From contig JANOAX010000059.1 of NCBI GenBank assembly GCA_031411335.1, forward strand, positions 3,071 to 67,070: 64,000 nt of DNA, read 5' to 3'. The notes under the pieces were generated by a model. That model did no database searches and was not told the DNA's origin. It saw only the letters and a program-made list of their open reading frames with translations. This stretch comes from Bacteroidota bacterium. Its GTDB lineage: Bacteria > Bacteroidota > Bacteroidia > AKYH767-A > OLB10. The position numbers and the translations under genes were made by a program. The stretch's first letter is position 1. The number at the start of each line of letters is the position of its first letter. Positions 41,673 through 51,021 of this stretch are shown one piece after another.

Positions 41673-41809
41673 ATGTTCAGTTACCATAATATTTCCAGCA
41701 GCATGACAAGAATGAGTTAATAATTGTTTCCAAGATTATTACATAACTCACCGCTAAAAGCTTACTTGATGTTAAAGGTAATTTGAACACCAATTCAAAT
41801 TATTCATTT

Positions 41810-44242
41810 TTAAAATTCAAAAATCAAACCTAACGTCGGGACAATACTTGCTTCCTTGTTTGATAAAATCACAGGAATTGCATTAAAGCCGTCCTGCTGA
41901 ATTTGGTTATTGTCTGTTGTTTGAAAGTCTTTATTGTCGGCGGTTCTTTTAAAAGTATAATCTGGATTGCTCTGAGTTTTAAAACCAAGGACATTTTGTA
42001 CATCAAGATAAATATCCAGTGTTGTTTTCTTGAAATTTATTTTTTTATCAACTCTTAAATCAAGTTGATTAAAAGCCATTAGTCTTTTGGAATTTAGTTT
42101 AGTGTTGTCAAGCGTTCCTTGCCCTAACAGTAAATACGTTTGTTGAGAAACGGTCATGTCATACGGGGTATATGGCGACCCACCTGCAAACCTATATTTT
42201 AAACCCATCTCCCAGTCTTTTTTAAACTTTTTACCAAGTGTTGCAGAAATTAAATGCTGGTTGTCCCACGATGAAGGAATGAGAATTCCGTTGTCACCTG
42301 AAAATTTACTTCTTACAAAAGTGTAACTAACTACATAAAAAATAGTTTTGATTAATTTCTGTTGAACAAATATTTCAAAGCCATACGTATCACCTTTTCC
42401 TGTGCTTTTAATTTCTTCGCTTCCAATGGAACCATAACTTGCCCCTTGATTCGCTAATGAAACTCCTGTAGATGTTGATACGGGATAGTTGTCATATAGT
42501 TTATAAAAGCCTTCAACCGTTACTCTAAAGGCTTCATTCGGCATAAACTGCGTTCCCAAAACATAGTGTGTGGACTGAATATATTTCATATCCTTATTGA
42601 CCAAAACACCGTTGTCATCTTTATAGCCAAGTGTAGTGTAAGTTGGAATTTTATAATAAGTTCCGATGGAGCCGGTCAAGTCAAATTTGGAATTGATATG
42701 ATAAGACAATGAAAAACGAGGTGAGAACGTTTTTAAAGGGTTGTTTCCATCCTTCATAAAACTATTCATATCGGATCTAAAACCTAAAGAGACCAATAAT
42801 TTTTCATCAAAAATATTTTTAGCAATCTGTCCAAACAAACCGTATTTAAAGAAATCAATATCACTTTTGAATTTTACAAATTTTGCCGGAGTCGTTTCAT
42901 TTCCTAAGCTGTCCGTAATGCTGTTCGTTACTTTACTGTATAAATCAGTGTTGTATTTCACAAACTGAGTCATTGCCCCAAAAGTTATTTTCCAACCATT
43001 TACAAATTTATTGTAATCGAACTTTAGTTTGTTTTCAATTTCTTGTGATTTTAGTTCGAACGTTCTTTTTGATTCAATTTGGTTTTCATCTTCAAACTTA
43101 TCCAATCTGTTTTCAAACATATTCCGGCTGGCAATAATATTAATAAAACCTTTTTCAATTTTTCGATTAAAAATAAATCCTGTTGTGTAATTCCATTGAT
43201 TAATATACGGCAATGAGCGGGAAATATAAATATTTTCAGGGGTGCTATTAGTAGTTTGTGCAAATTTGAATCGATCTATTGCACCTAATCCAATTGCAGA
43301 AAATGATGTTCTCGCATTGAATTTATGCGTCACCTTATATTGAAAATCATAAAAATTTGGTCGGATGGCTAAATCAATCGCTTTAAAAAGTAAATCCAAA
43401 TAGGACTTTCTTACGGAAGTTAAAAAAGTTGTTTTAGAATTTATGGGCCCTTCTAATGTTGCTACAGCTTCTGTTAAACTTACCCGAACATTTCCGGAAA
43501 TCCTTTCTCTGTTTCCATCGCGTTGTTTAATTATAAACGTTGAAGCCAATGCATTATCATACCTTGCATCAAAGGCAGAGGATGATAGTTTTAAGTCTTC
43601 GATAAAAGAAACATTAAGTATGCCTTGCGCACCACCCGAACTACCTTGTGTTTGAAAATGATTTAACACCGGAATCTCAACACCATCTAAATAATATACA
43701 TTTTCATTTGGAGCACCACCTCGGATAATTATATCATTTCTTCCAGCACCACCACTGCTGGTTCCAACACCTGGAAGTGTTTGAATAACTCTGGAAACGT
43801 CAAAATTTCCTCCGGGATTGGCCTTTATTTCTTCCGTAGTAAGTTGCTGAACGGATAATGGAGTTATTAAATCCGTGGCTACCGCTGATCTTCCCTTATC
43901 ATAAGTTACTGTTACTTCGGATAAACTGGTTGCACTCGGCTCCAATTCAAAGTTTACAACCTGCGCATTTCCTGTCGTAACAACAATATTGAATTTTAGT
44001 TGGGTTTGATACCCCAGAGCAGAAATTTTTAAGTTGCAATTACCTACCGGAACAATAAACTTATAGTTGCCATCTATATCCGTAGCTGCGCCATTTGTAG
44101 TTTGTTCAACAACTACCGCCGCACCTATTATTGTTTCTGCGGTGTTCTTATCTCTTACGTTACCCATGATCACCCCCGTAGTTTGTGTGAAAGCAACTTC
44201 TACACTAAACAAGATAAAAATGAGAATTAGTTTTAAATGCAT
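41810..44242 (-). CDS. TonB-dependent receptor with N-terminal carboxypeptidase-regulatory-like domain
   Basis: 810 aa with a signal peptide. GVIMGNVRDKNTAETIIGAAVVV ... TDIDGNYKF. Plug region ITPLSVQQLTTEEIKANPGG ... RVIQTLPGV. The protein ends in a C-terminal Phe (LIFEF). Confidence 0.8.
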   Translation of the reverse strand: MHLKLILIFILFSVEVAFTQTTGVIMGNVRDKNTAETIIGAAVVVEQTTNGAATDIDGNYKFIVPVGNCNLKISALGYQTQLKFNIVVTTGNAQVVNFELEPSATSLSEVTVTYDKGRSAVATDLITPLSVQQLTTEEIKANPGGNFDVSRVIQTLPGVGTSSGGAGRNDIIIRGGAPNENVYYLDGVEIPVLNHFQTQGSSGGAQGILNVSFIEDLKLSSSAFDARYDNALASTFIIKQRDGNRERISGNVRVSLTEAVATLEGPINSKTTFLTSVRKSYLDLLFKAIDLAIRPNFYDFQYKVTHKFNARTSFSAIGLGAIDRFKFAQTTNSTPENIYISRSLPYINQWNYTTGFIFNRKIEKGFINIIASRNMFENRLDKFEDENQIESKRTFELKSQEIENKLKFDYNKFVNGWKITFGAMTQFVKYNTDLYSKVTNSITDSLGNETTPAKFVKFKSDIDFFKYGLFGQIAKNIFDEKLLVSLGFRSDMNSFMKDGNNPLKTFSPRFSLSYHINSKFDLTGSIGTYYKIPTYTTLGYKDDNGVLVNKDMKYIQSTHYVLGTQFMPNEAFRVTVEGFYKLYDNYPVSTSTGVSLANQGASYGSIGSEEIKSTGKGDTYGFEIFVQQKLIKTIFYVVSYTFVRSKFSGDNGILIPSSWDNQHLISATLGKKFKKDWEMGLKYRFAGGSPYTPYDMTVSQQTYLLLGQGTLDNTKLNSKRLMAFNQLDLRVDKKINFKKTTLDIYLDVQNVLGFKTQSNPDYTFKRTADNKDFQTTDNNQIQQDGFNAIPVILSNKEASIVPTLGLIFEF

Positions 44243-44510
44243 TTAATTGAATAGTTGAAATTTGTGGAGTCAGTTAGGATGCTGGGAACGTTTCGCAGAT
44301 TGGCGATGGACTAAAGTTAATCCATTATTGCCTGTTAAAAAGAGATAACATCGTTAACCCACAAAAGTTTAGAGAAATCAAAACAATTCTTGCTTGTGTG
44401 TCAATGCCTTTGTCAGTTGACGCCAATGACCGAGTTAAAATTTCTTCCCAATGAAATTACGTTCAAGCTACTGCACTTATTTACTCAAATGTTCCAACCA
44501 GAAATTTATT

Positions 44511-45701
44511 TCATTGCTTTACTATTTTTCTTAAACTATGTTGGCCGTCCATGGTCACTTTCAGCAAATAGATTCCAGCAGTCAAATTTTCCTTTAAATT
44601 TAATTTAAGTTTTTCATTGGCTTTGATAGTTGAAAAATTCTGAGAAAATATTTTGGCTCCATTCATTGCATACACATCAATAACAACGTTACTTTTTTCC
44701 CCTTGGTCAGTTTGAATAAATAGCTCTTCATGGAAAGGATTCGGAAATACTTCCATATTTAAAGTTGAAGTGTTTTCAATAGAAGTAGCGGTATTACAAA
44801 GCACACATGTTTTTTGAAAAACAATACTTGTATCTGTGGTGATCAGCGAATCAAATAGTGCACCTGAAAAGCAATCCCCTTTCAATTCATATTTTAACCA
44901 GGGAAGTAAATAGCTGCTAATAACTAGATGCTGTTCCGTACGTGTAATGGTGGGTTGAGGTGTGCATGTTGCTTCGCCAATATTGCAAAAGAAATTATTA
45001 TCAGCCATCTGGCAATGACTTCCTCCATTAATACTCATAAAAGTCTTGCAAGTGCTTTGCAAAGAGTCATACATCGGTACTTGATTAGCCGAAGGAGGTG
45101 TAACACAATCATTACCTCCGGCAATGATCAAGGATGGAATACTAAGACTTGCCCCAGCTTGTATAGCCGATGGATTTGTTTCGGCCGCCGCCAGCGTCGC
45201 CATTGTTTTTATTGAAGGATCAAACTGCGCAGCAAGAAAAGCAGAACCGCCTCCCATGCTATGTCCCATGACACAATTCATCGTGTCAACGCGATTATAA
45301 AATAATGAAGAAGTGTCTTGTCCAAGAGTTGTTAATTCAGAAATCACGAAAGCTAGGTCCTTTCCAAATTCAGCATGTGAGGGTGCCAAACCGCCTTCGG
45401 TTTTCGGAAATGCAATAATAAATCCTTCTTGTACCACGGCATCCAAAATATTCTGATAAGCATTCCATGTCATCACAAACCCGTGACCGAAACTAATTAC
45501 AGGAAATTTATCAGTGGTAGCAATGGTCACTGGCCCATTATCTCCTGCAACATCTGCGGGATAATAAACTTCCGTAGGGATAGAGCGGTTGTTTCGACTG
45601 GAATCAATAAAGGTAATAGTAGTATGTCCGACTTGAAAAGGCTGTGCAATTAGATTGTTGCAAAATAAAATTGATAAGAGAAGAGTTAAAATATTTCTCA
45701 T
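44511..45701 (-). CDS. Secreted alpha/beta hydrolase of the dienelactone-hydrolase/cutinase (PETase-like) type with T9SS type A sorting domain
   Basis: Candidate triad: nucleophile elbow GHSMGGG, IIAGGNDCVTPP (Asp), INGGSHCQM (His). C-terminus MEVFPNPFHEELFIQ ... GIYLLKVTMDGQHSLRKIVKQ. Confidence 0.7.
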   Translation of the reverse strand: MRNILTLLLSILFCNNLIAQPFQVGHTTITFIDSSRNNRSIPTEVYYPADVAGDNGPVTIATTDKFPVISFGHGFVMTWNAYQNILDAVVQEGFIIAFPKTEGGLAPSHAEFGKDLAFVISELTTLGQDTSSLFYNRVDTMNCVMGHSMGGGSAFLAAQFDPSIKTMATLAAAETNPSAIQAGASLSIPSLIIAGGNDCVTPPSANQVPMYDSLQSTCKTFMSINGGSHCQMADNNFFCNIGEATCTPQPTITRTEQHLVISSYLLPWLKYELKGDCFSGALFDSLITTDTSIVFQKTCVLCNTATSIENTSTLNMEVFPNPFHEELFIQTDQGEKSNVVIDVYAMNGAKIFSQNFSTIKANEKLKLNLKENLTAGIYLLKVTMDGQHSLRKIVKQ

Positions 45702-45820
45702 TTTTCTAGTGGTTAGTTGATTAATTTTTTTTTAATTTTACTTAATTTTTCGGTTTTCGATGTCCCGATTATTAGATTAACAACGTTTTTCCTTGCTATT
45801 AGTTTATCTCCATCGACATT

Positions 45821-46294
45821 TTATTTCTCACACATTTCCTTCAACTTGTCAAGTGCTTTTGGGTAGGCATTATTCATATAATCTACAAAATCCTCTGTAG
45901 TGTCTAAGTCAACAGTAACGAGAGTACCCCGATAGCTATCGGGGCCGTTAGCTTCTTCGAAGGTATAATTTTCCAATCCGTTTGCCCATTTGTCCACTTC
46001 TGGCCCTTCCGTAATTTCCTTATCCCCTTTTACAAGACCATAATGTTGAATGGAAACAAATTGGTTGGGGATGTTTTCAACTATTTTGGAAACCATACCT
46101 CCCTTTTCTCCCTTGTCATCCACTCCAACAAATAGAATTTTACTTCCCTTGTCCCAACTTCCTTCAAAGGTAGATGTTGGATTGAACAATGCTGTCCATT
46201 GCTCATAAGTCGATTTACTTTCCACACCTAGCATCGCATTGTAGACTTTGCTTGCGGGTGCATTTACGCTTACTTTGAATTGAATTTTTTTCAT
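45821..46294 (-). CDS. SRPBCC (AHSA1/START-like) family protein
   Basis: 157 aa. MKKIQFKVSVNAPASKVYNAM ... and the size fit Aha1-like SRPBCC proteins. It contains an in-frame 18-bp palindrome at 45927-45944 that encodes PDSYRG. Confidence 0.6.
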   Translation of the reverse strand: MKKIQFKVSVNAPASKVYNAMLGVESKSTYEQWTALFNPTSTFEGSWDKGSKILFVGVDDKGEKGGMVSKIVENIPNQFVSIQHYGLVKGDKEITEGPEVDKWANGLENYTFEEANGPDSYRGTLVTVDLDTTEDFVDYMNNAYPKALDKLKEMCEK

Positions 46295-46488
46295 GATTGC
46301 AGCGTTTAGTAATTTTTAAATCTCAATATAAAACTATCGAATTGTACATTGTAAAACTTAATTCGAAGATACAAATTCTAATACGAACCACAATCTTCGG
46401 AGTTTGAAATAACGTAAAGTGCAAACCATTTGCCATATAGGATGGTGTACAAAACGCTCTAGGGTGTTTTGTTTCATCAAGTATTACG

Positions 46489-46977
46489 CTATAACGATTT
46501 GTATTCATTCTTAAATACCTTCCTTGGTTTATCTACATATCGATAAGTTAACGTCTTGATTAAATTATCGATCTTAGAAATTTCCAACTCTGTTTGAATA
46601 TGGTATTTCGATAAGTATTTATCTTCGGATAATTTTTTCCAACCACAATACTTTAAATTTAATATTTCGTTAGCCTGTTTAATGGCACAACTATCACAGC
46701 AAAATTCAACGGTTTGGAAATCACAATAGCCAAGTTCCAATTTAAAAGTGAGCTTAACAGTAATTGATTCTTGTCCTTCAATTTTAAGAATTAATGTATC
46801 TCCATTTTTAAAGTCCGAAACTTTGTAATTGAGAGCAATATTACTTTTCAATTGACTGTTTTTGTAAAACTCTTTCAATACTTCCTTTTCAGTATAAAAT
46901 TTAATCATCGGCGTGTTTTGACCGAATGAACAACTCACTGTTATTATCCCTAAAAAAGTAAGAATCCAATGTTTCAT
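46489..46977 (-). CDS. Hypothetical secreted protein
   Basis: The start was trimmed to the ATG at 46977, giving MKHWILTFLGIITVSCSFGQ (signal peptide). No recognisable domain. The longer ORF extension runs through hairpin-rich intergenic DNA. Confidence 0.5.
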   Translation of the reverse strand: MKHWILTFLGIITVSCSFGQNTPMIKFYTEKEVLKEFYKNSQLKSNIALNYKVSDFKNGDTLILKIEGQESITVKLTFKLELGYCDFQTVEFCCDSCAIKQANEILNLKYCGWKKLSEDKYLSKYHIQTELEISKIDNLIKTLTYRYVDKPRKVFKNEYKSL

Positions 46978-47238
46978 TTTTTGCGAATTTCTTTGAGAAT
47001 CATCTAGAACAAATTTAAAATAAAACGAAATACAATAATTCCGCCCTTCCGATAAGGGATAGCAGCTACAATTTGATGGTTGCCTTAAGCTTCGAGAAAA
47101 GAGCCAGATGCTTTCTGCCATCATTGATGCTGCTAGCTATAGGGATGAGCCGGATGAAAGTTTGACCCGCTTTCATCGGGAAAGCCCCGCCAATTGCAAT
47201 CCTGCTTGTGCTGCAGGCAGGTATGTGATTTTAACTAA

Positions 47239-48138
47239 CTATTGAATATGATATTCTTTTTTAAAATCGTTCATCAGTTCCTTTGCCATTTCTTCAGCCT
47301 GCGGCCAGTCACTCTCAATATTTTTCTGCAAATTTCTTTGTTGAACAACAACCATATTTAACAGCTCTCTAATTTCCCCTCTTTTACTTTCCAGTGATTC
47401 CGGATTGGCAGGGAATAGACTTTCAATGGTATCTCTTGAAATTGTGTCATAGGAATACAAAAAATATTTTGACAATTTCTGATGATATGCTGGTTCAATA
47501 ATTTGATTGATATGATTCACTAACAAATTCCCGCGCACTTGATGATTAAAGGCTTCCATTTCGATTTTATTGATAATCCCATCGTATTTCATTAACTTTT
47601 CCAGCAACTGTTGATTCTTAAAATACCGAAGACCGCCTGAATTTTTAATTTGTTCAAACGTAGCCCTGTTCCATATGATAGGACCCGTCCAATACATAAA
47701 CCTTGTATAAAAAGAAAATTGGGCTGCGGCACGCCCTTCTAGCTTGGTTGGGCTCAAATTTATCAAGCTATCAGCAAGTGCTATATACTTGGTTGCGGTT
47801 TTAGTCTGCCCTTGAATGGCAGTGATGTCATTCTGCAAATCCTGTATCAAAGATTTTGAAAACTCCTTAGCCCTAAGATTTTCTATGTAATGCTCTCGTT
47901 GATTTTCAAAAAAGAAGCCAAGCGTAACAGCGAGAAACAACATGATAAATTCCCAAAAATAACTCTTCCAATTTTTCTTTCCGTTGTGATGGGCATGATG
48001 ATGTACTTCCATATTTTCTGTTTCCTGACTTGGGTTTATCCCTTCTGGATTTTTCTTAGTAAGAATTTCGTTTACGTTATTTTCAGAATGAGTGCTTGTC
48101 GGCTCATCTAAATGTTCTTTCTCTGTATTATCTGTCAT
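47239..48138 (-). CDS. Hypothetical single-pass membrane protein, His-rich N-terminus (paralog 1)
   Basis: 299 aa. MEVHHHAHHNGKKNWKSYFWEFIMLFLAVTLGFFFE (one TM segment) is followed by a helical C-terminal domain. The N-terminal ~75 aa are nearly identical to those of the next gene. Confidence 0.65.
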   Translation of the reverse strand: MTDNTEKEHLDEPTSTHSENNVNEILTKKNPEGINPSQETENMEVHHHAHHNGKKNWKSYFWEFIMLFLAVTLGFFFENQREHYIENLRAKEFSKSLIQDLQNDITAIQGQTKTATKYIALADSLINLSPTKLEGRAAAQFSFYTRFMYWTGPIIWNRATFEQIKNSGGLRYFKNQQLLEKLMKYDGIINKIEMEAFNHQVRGNLLVNHINQIIEPAYHQKLSKYFLYSYDTISRDTIESLFPANPESLESKRGEIRELLNMVVVQQRNLQKNIESDWPQAEEMAKELMNDFKKEYHIQ

Positions 48139-48278
48139 TTATTCGAATCTGAGTTACAATTAGCTGAATTTTTTATTTCGAGCCCAACATACATAAACCC
48201 AGTTGTGTGCCTACCTGCTGCCAGCAGGTGCGTGCTATTGTGCCTTCGAAGATTTGATTTTCGATATTAGAAAACTGG

Positions 48279-49145
48279 TTATTTAAAGTTATATTCTTTT
48301 CTCATCAGTTCCAATATCCGTTGTGCGCGTTTACCTCTTTCGATACAAGCCTCTTGTTGTAGCTTGCGTGCCCCATAATAGTATTGGGCATTTGTCAGAA
48401 ACATATTAATTTCCTGTGCGTTGTTTGTAATCAATTTTAATGAATCAATATTGGGCGCTTGTTTTGTTTTGAAAATTTGAAATAATATTTGTGCATCAAA
48501 CACTTTTCCTGCTCCCTGCATATATTCTGCTATCCTGTCTTTGATAATGTTGTTTTGCAAGTCAAGTGCTTGTAATGAAAAATAGTAAGCTGAAATACTA
48601 TCAGCCACTTGTTGATTTCTTAGTAACCGCAAATGCCCGGAGTGTTTCATTTGTTCGTAGGTGCGCGCATTATAGCTAAGGAAATTTTTCACGTTCATCG
48701 TTGCCGCTCTTTCCAAATAGTAAATTCTGTTAAGATGCTTATCTCTGTCGGCACTTTTCATTAGCATCATCAGAGAATCTATGACGGAAAAATATTGAAA
48801 AGAAATGCTGTCATATTCATTATAATGATATACGTCATCTTCTAAATCTTCAAATAGGTTCTTTAGGTAAACCACTTCCCTGTCTCTTTCAATTTTATGC
48901 TCCAACTGGTACTCTGCTAAAAACCCGCAAAAAACAGCCAGAAATAGCATCAAAAATTCCCAGAAATAAGACTTCCAATTTTTCTTTCCGTTATGATGAG
49001 CATGATGATGTACTTCCATATTTTCTGTTTCCTGACTTGGGGTTATCCCTTCTGGATTTTTCTTAGTAAGAATTTCGTTTGATGTATTTTCTGAAGGAGC
49101 GTTTGTCGGCTCTTCTAAATGTTCATTTTCTGTATTCTCTGTCAT
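48279..49145 (-). CDS. Hypothetical single-pass membrane protein, His-rich N-terminus (paralog 2)
   Basis: 288 aa with the same N-terminal and TM region as paralog 1. The C-terminal domain has diverged but has similar length and helical character. Confidence 0.65.
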   Translation of the reverse strand: MTENTENEHLEEPTNAPSENTSNEILTKKNPEGITPSQETENMEVHHHAHHNGKKNWKSYFWEFLMLFLAVFCGFLAEYQLEHKIERDREVVYLKNLFEDLEDDVYHYNEYDSISFQYFSVIDSLMMLMKSADRDKHLNRIYYLERAATMNVKNFLSYNARTYEQMKHSGHLRLLRNQQVADSISAYYFSLQALDLQNNIIKDRIAEYMQGAGKVFDAQILFQIFKTKQAPNIDSLKLITNNAQEINMFLTNAQYYYGARKLQQEACIERGKRAQRILELMRKEYNFK

Positions 49146-49200
49146 TTATTAGATAGTCAAATTATAATCGATTGCTTTCGCATGAGTATTACGTTTCTAG

Positions 49201-49382
49201 CTTGGCGTAGTTGAATTTTGCAATTGAGCGAGCCACAGAAGGTAAAACTAAATAATTGCCATGAATGAAACAACAGTTTACCTTAACTTATGTTGCAATT
49301 ATTTAGTGCTTTCACAGGTGAAATAGTAGAGAATGGAAGTTTGGTAGCCGAAAAAGTATTGCAAAATTACATTGCGACCAAG
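49201..49382. repeat. 182-bp nested inverted-repeat element (5-, 11- and 13-bp perfect arms)
   Basis: CTTGG 49201-05 pairs with CCAAG 49378-82. AATTTTGCAAT 49214-24 pairs with ATTGCAAAATT 49358-68. ACTAAATAATTGC 49247-59 pairs with GCAATTATTTAGT 49295-307. It lies in the leader of paralog 2. Confidence 0.7.
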
Positions 49383-49414
49383 CTGCTGTTAGCAGTCGCT
49401 ATATTTTACTCAAG

Positions 49415-50218
49415 TTAGAAGTAAACATCAAAATAGCATTCTTTGTTTTCAAAAGATGGTTTTACAAATACAATGGAGTCCTTCAATATGCTTTTAAATT
49501 TCCAATAGGAATCATATCCATCTATGCAAGAAAAATATCTAATATTATCCTTATTATTCTGAAGATTATTAATCATCTTTTGCAGGCTAATGATTGTTTT
49601 GTTTCGACATGAATCCGTCTCATGATAACGAGATTTGGCAGAATTTAATTTAGCATTTAAATCGCTTATAGTGTTTAGGGTGATTTCACTGGACCCAAGT
49701 AATGAGTCCATAAGAAGTGAAATAAATTTATCTAATTCTCCAGTTTTGGAAACTTTATTTAACTTAAGATTTTGTATAGCAAAATTCAATTGCCAATCGA
49801 ACATAAATTTCCACTGATATTCATCAATTAATTGCTCATCTTCTGAAGAGCTGACATAAATACAATAATAATAGTACTCATCTAAAAACGGAAACGCATA
49901 TTGAAATCCTTTTTTATCTGAAATGTAGACAATTGTTTTAGGAGGTGTTTGCCCATCATAGGACCATTTGTGTAGCCTGAGAGTTATTCCAAGTTTGTTA
50001 TCTATAACTTCTTTTGAAACCTTTAGTATTTGATTACTAAACGAATCTAAAGAGTGTTCAGGTACTTTATAGGGCGGGAGTAAGTCAGGATTACTTAAAA
50101 CAACATTGAGAATAAGATTATTATAATCAGACGCATTTGAATGGATTAAAATTGATTTATTTTCATTACAAGATATTATAATTAGAAGAAAAATTATATA
50201 TAACAATGATAGTTTCAT
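49415..50218 (-). CDS. Hypothetical lipoprotein
   Basis: 267 aa. MKLSLLYIIFLLIIISC is a lipobox-like signal. The gene is very AT-rich and has no recognisable domain. Confidence 0.5.
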   Translation of the reverse strand: MKLSLLYIIFLLIIISCNENKSILIHSNASDYNNLILNVVLSNPDLLPPYKVPEHSLDSFSNQILKVSKEVIDNKLGITLRLHKWSYDGQTPPKTIVYISDKKGFQYAFPFLDEYYYYCIYVSSSEDEQLIDEYQWKFMFDWQLNFAIQNLKLNKVSKTGELDKFISLLMDSLLGSSEITLNTISDLNAKLNSAKSRYHETDSCRNKTIISLQKMINNLQNNKDNIRYFSCIDGYDSYWKFKSILKDSIVFVKPSFENKECYFDVYF

Positions 50219-50406
50219 TTGATTGGTGCTAACTTACTTATTAACGCAAAAACCTATCAGAAACACTCCCCAACTAATAGAGTCCCTGTTAAAGTTCTGC
50301 AATATATTCATCTTCAAATATAATTAATTAGCAACAAATGGTCTTCAATTAGCCAATTAATGCTTTGTAACCTAAAAGCACTTTTAAATGACTTTAAATT
50401 CCAAAA

Positions 50407-50976
50407 TCATTCCTTCGGCACTGAATATTCCATACCGAAAAGTTTAGCATATTCTTCAAGCGTAGACATTCCAATTTTTGCGCGGCGGATATTTACATTT
50501 ATTTCGTCTTCGATAGGATAGAATTCAGGGGCGCCTGTGACTTTGTTGAAGACTACCTGACTCCCATAAATTTGTTTTTTTTCTTGTCGCATCAAGATAC
50601 GATCTTGCATTAAGGCTACGTTGCTAAATTTTGATTCGCCTATTTCTGCTGATTTTTGAAGTAAAGGAAAATACATTAACTGCGTTTCTAAATTAGCGTG
50701 TTGGATGACTAAAAACAAGGCGCTATTCGCCTTGTCACCAATCATGCTTCTGCCCATCCATCCGTATTTGTCCAGTAACATTTTTACTTGAACTAAATTG
50801 CAGCTGTCGATGTAGTGTACAAATGAAGCAGAATCGGCGCCAGTACGTGTTTTTTGATCACGCTCATAAATGGCGTGTAATTCAGTTTGGATTGCTAAAG
50901 TGTCGATGGGAGTTTGTGCTGAAGAATTACTCCAACCAAAAAAGCTTAGCACGAAGATTAATTTTAGCTTTTTCAT
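50407..50976 (-). CDS. Hypothetical secreted protein (resembles the DUF6624 family from memory)
   Basis: 189 aa. Signal peptide ends in SSAQ. Helical motifs IYERDQKTR, LFLVIQHA and QIYGSQV are present. Confidence 0.5.
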   Translation of the reverse strand: MKKLKLIFVLSFFGWSNSSAQTPIDTLAIQTELHAIYERDQKTRTGADSASFVHYIDSCNLVQVKMLLDKYGWMGRSMIGDKANSALFLVIQHANLETQLMYFPLLQKSAEIGESKFSNVALMQDRILMRQEKKQIYGSQVVFNKVTGAPEFYPIEDEINVNIRRAKIGMSTLEEYAKLFGMEYSVPKE

Positions 50977-51021
50977 AATTATTATTTAGTAATTAATCAA
51001 TTTATTTTTATTTCAATAATC

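Noticed and set aside
46978-47124. 5' extension of the 46489-47124 ORF
   Set aside because: The extension covers hairpin-rich intergenic DNA and has an odd composition (Cys/Ser-rich). The internal ATG at 46977 gives a proper signal peptide.
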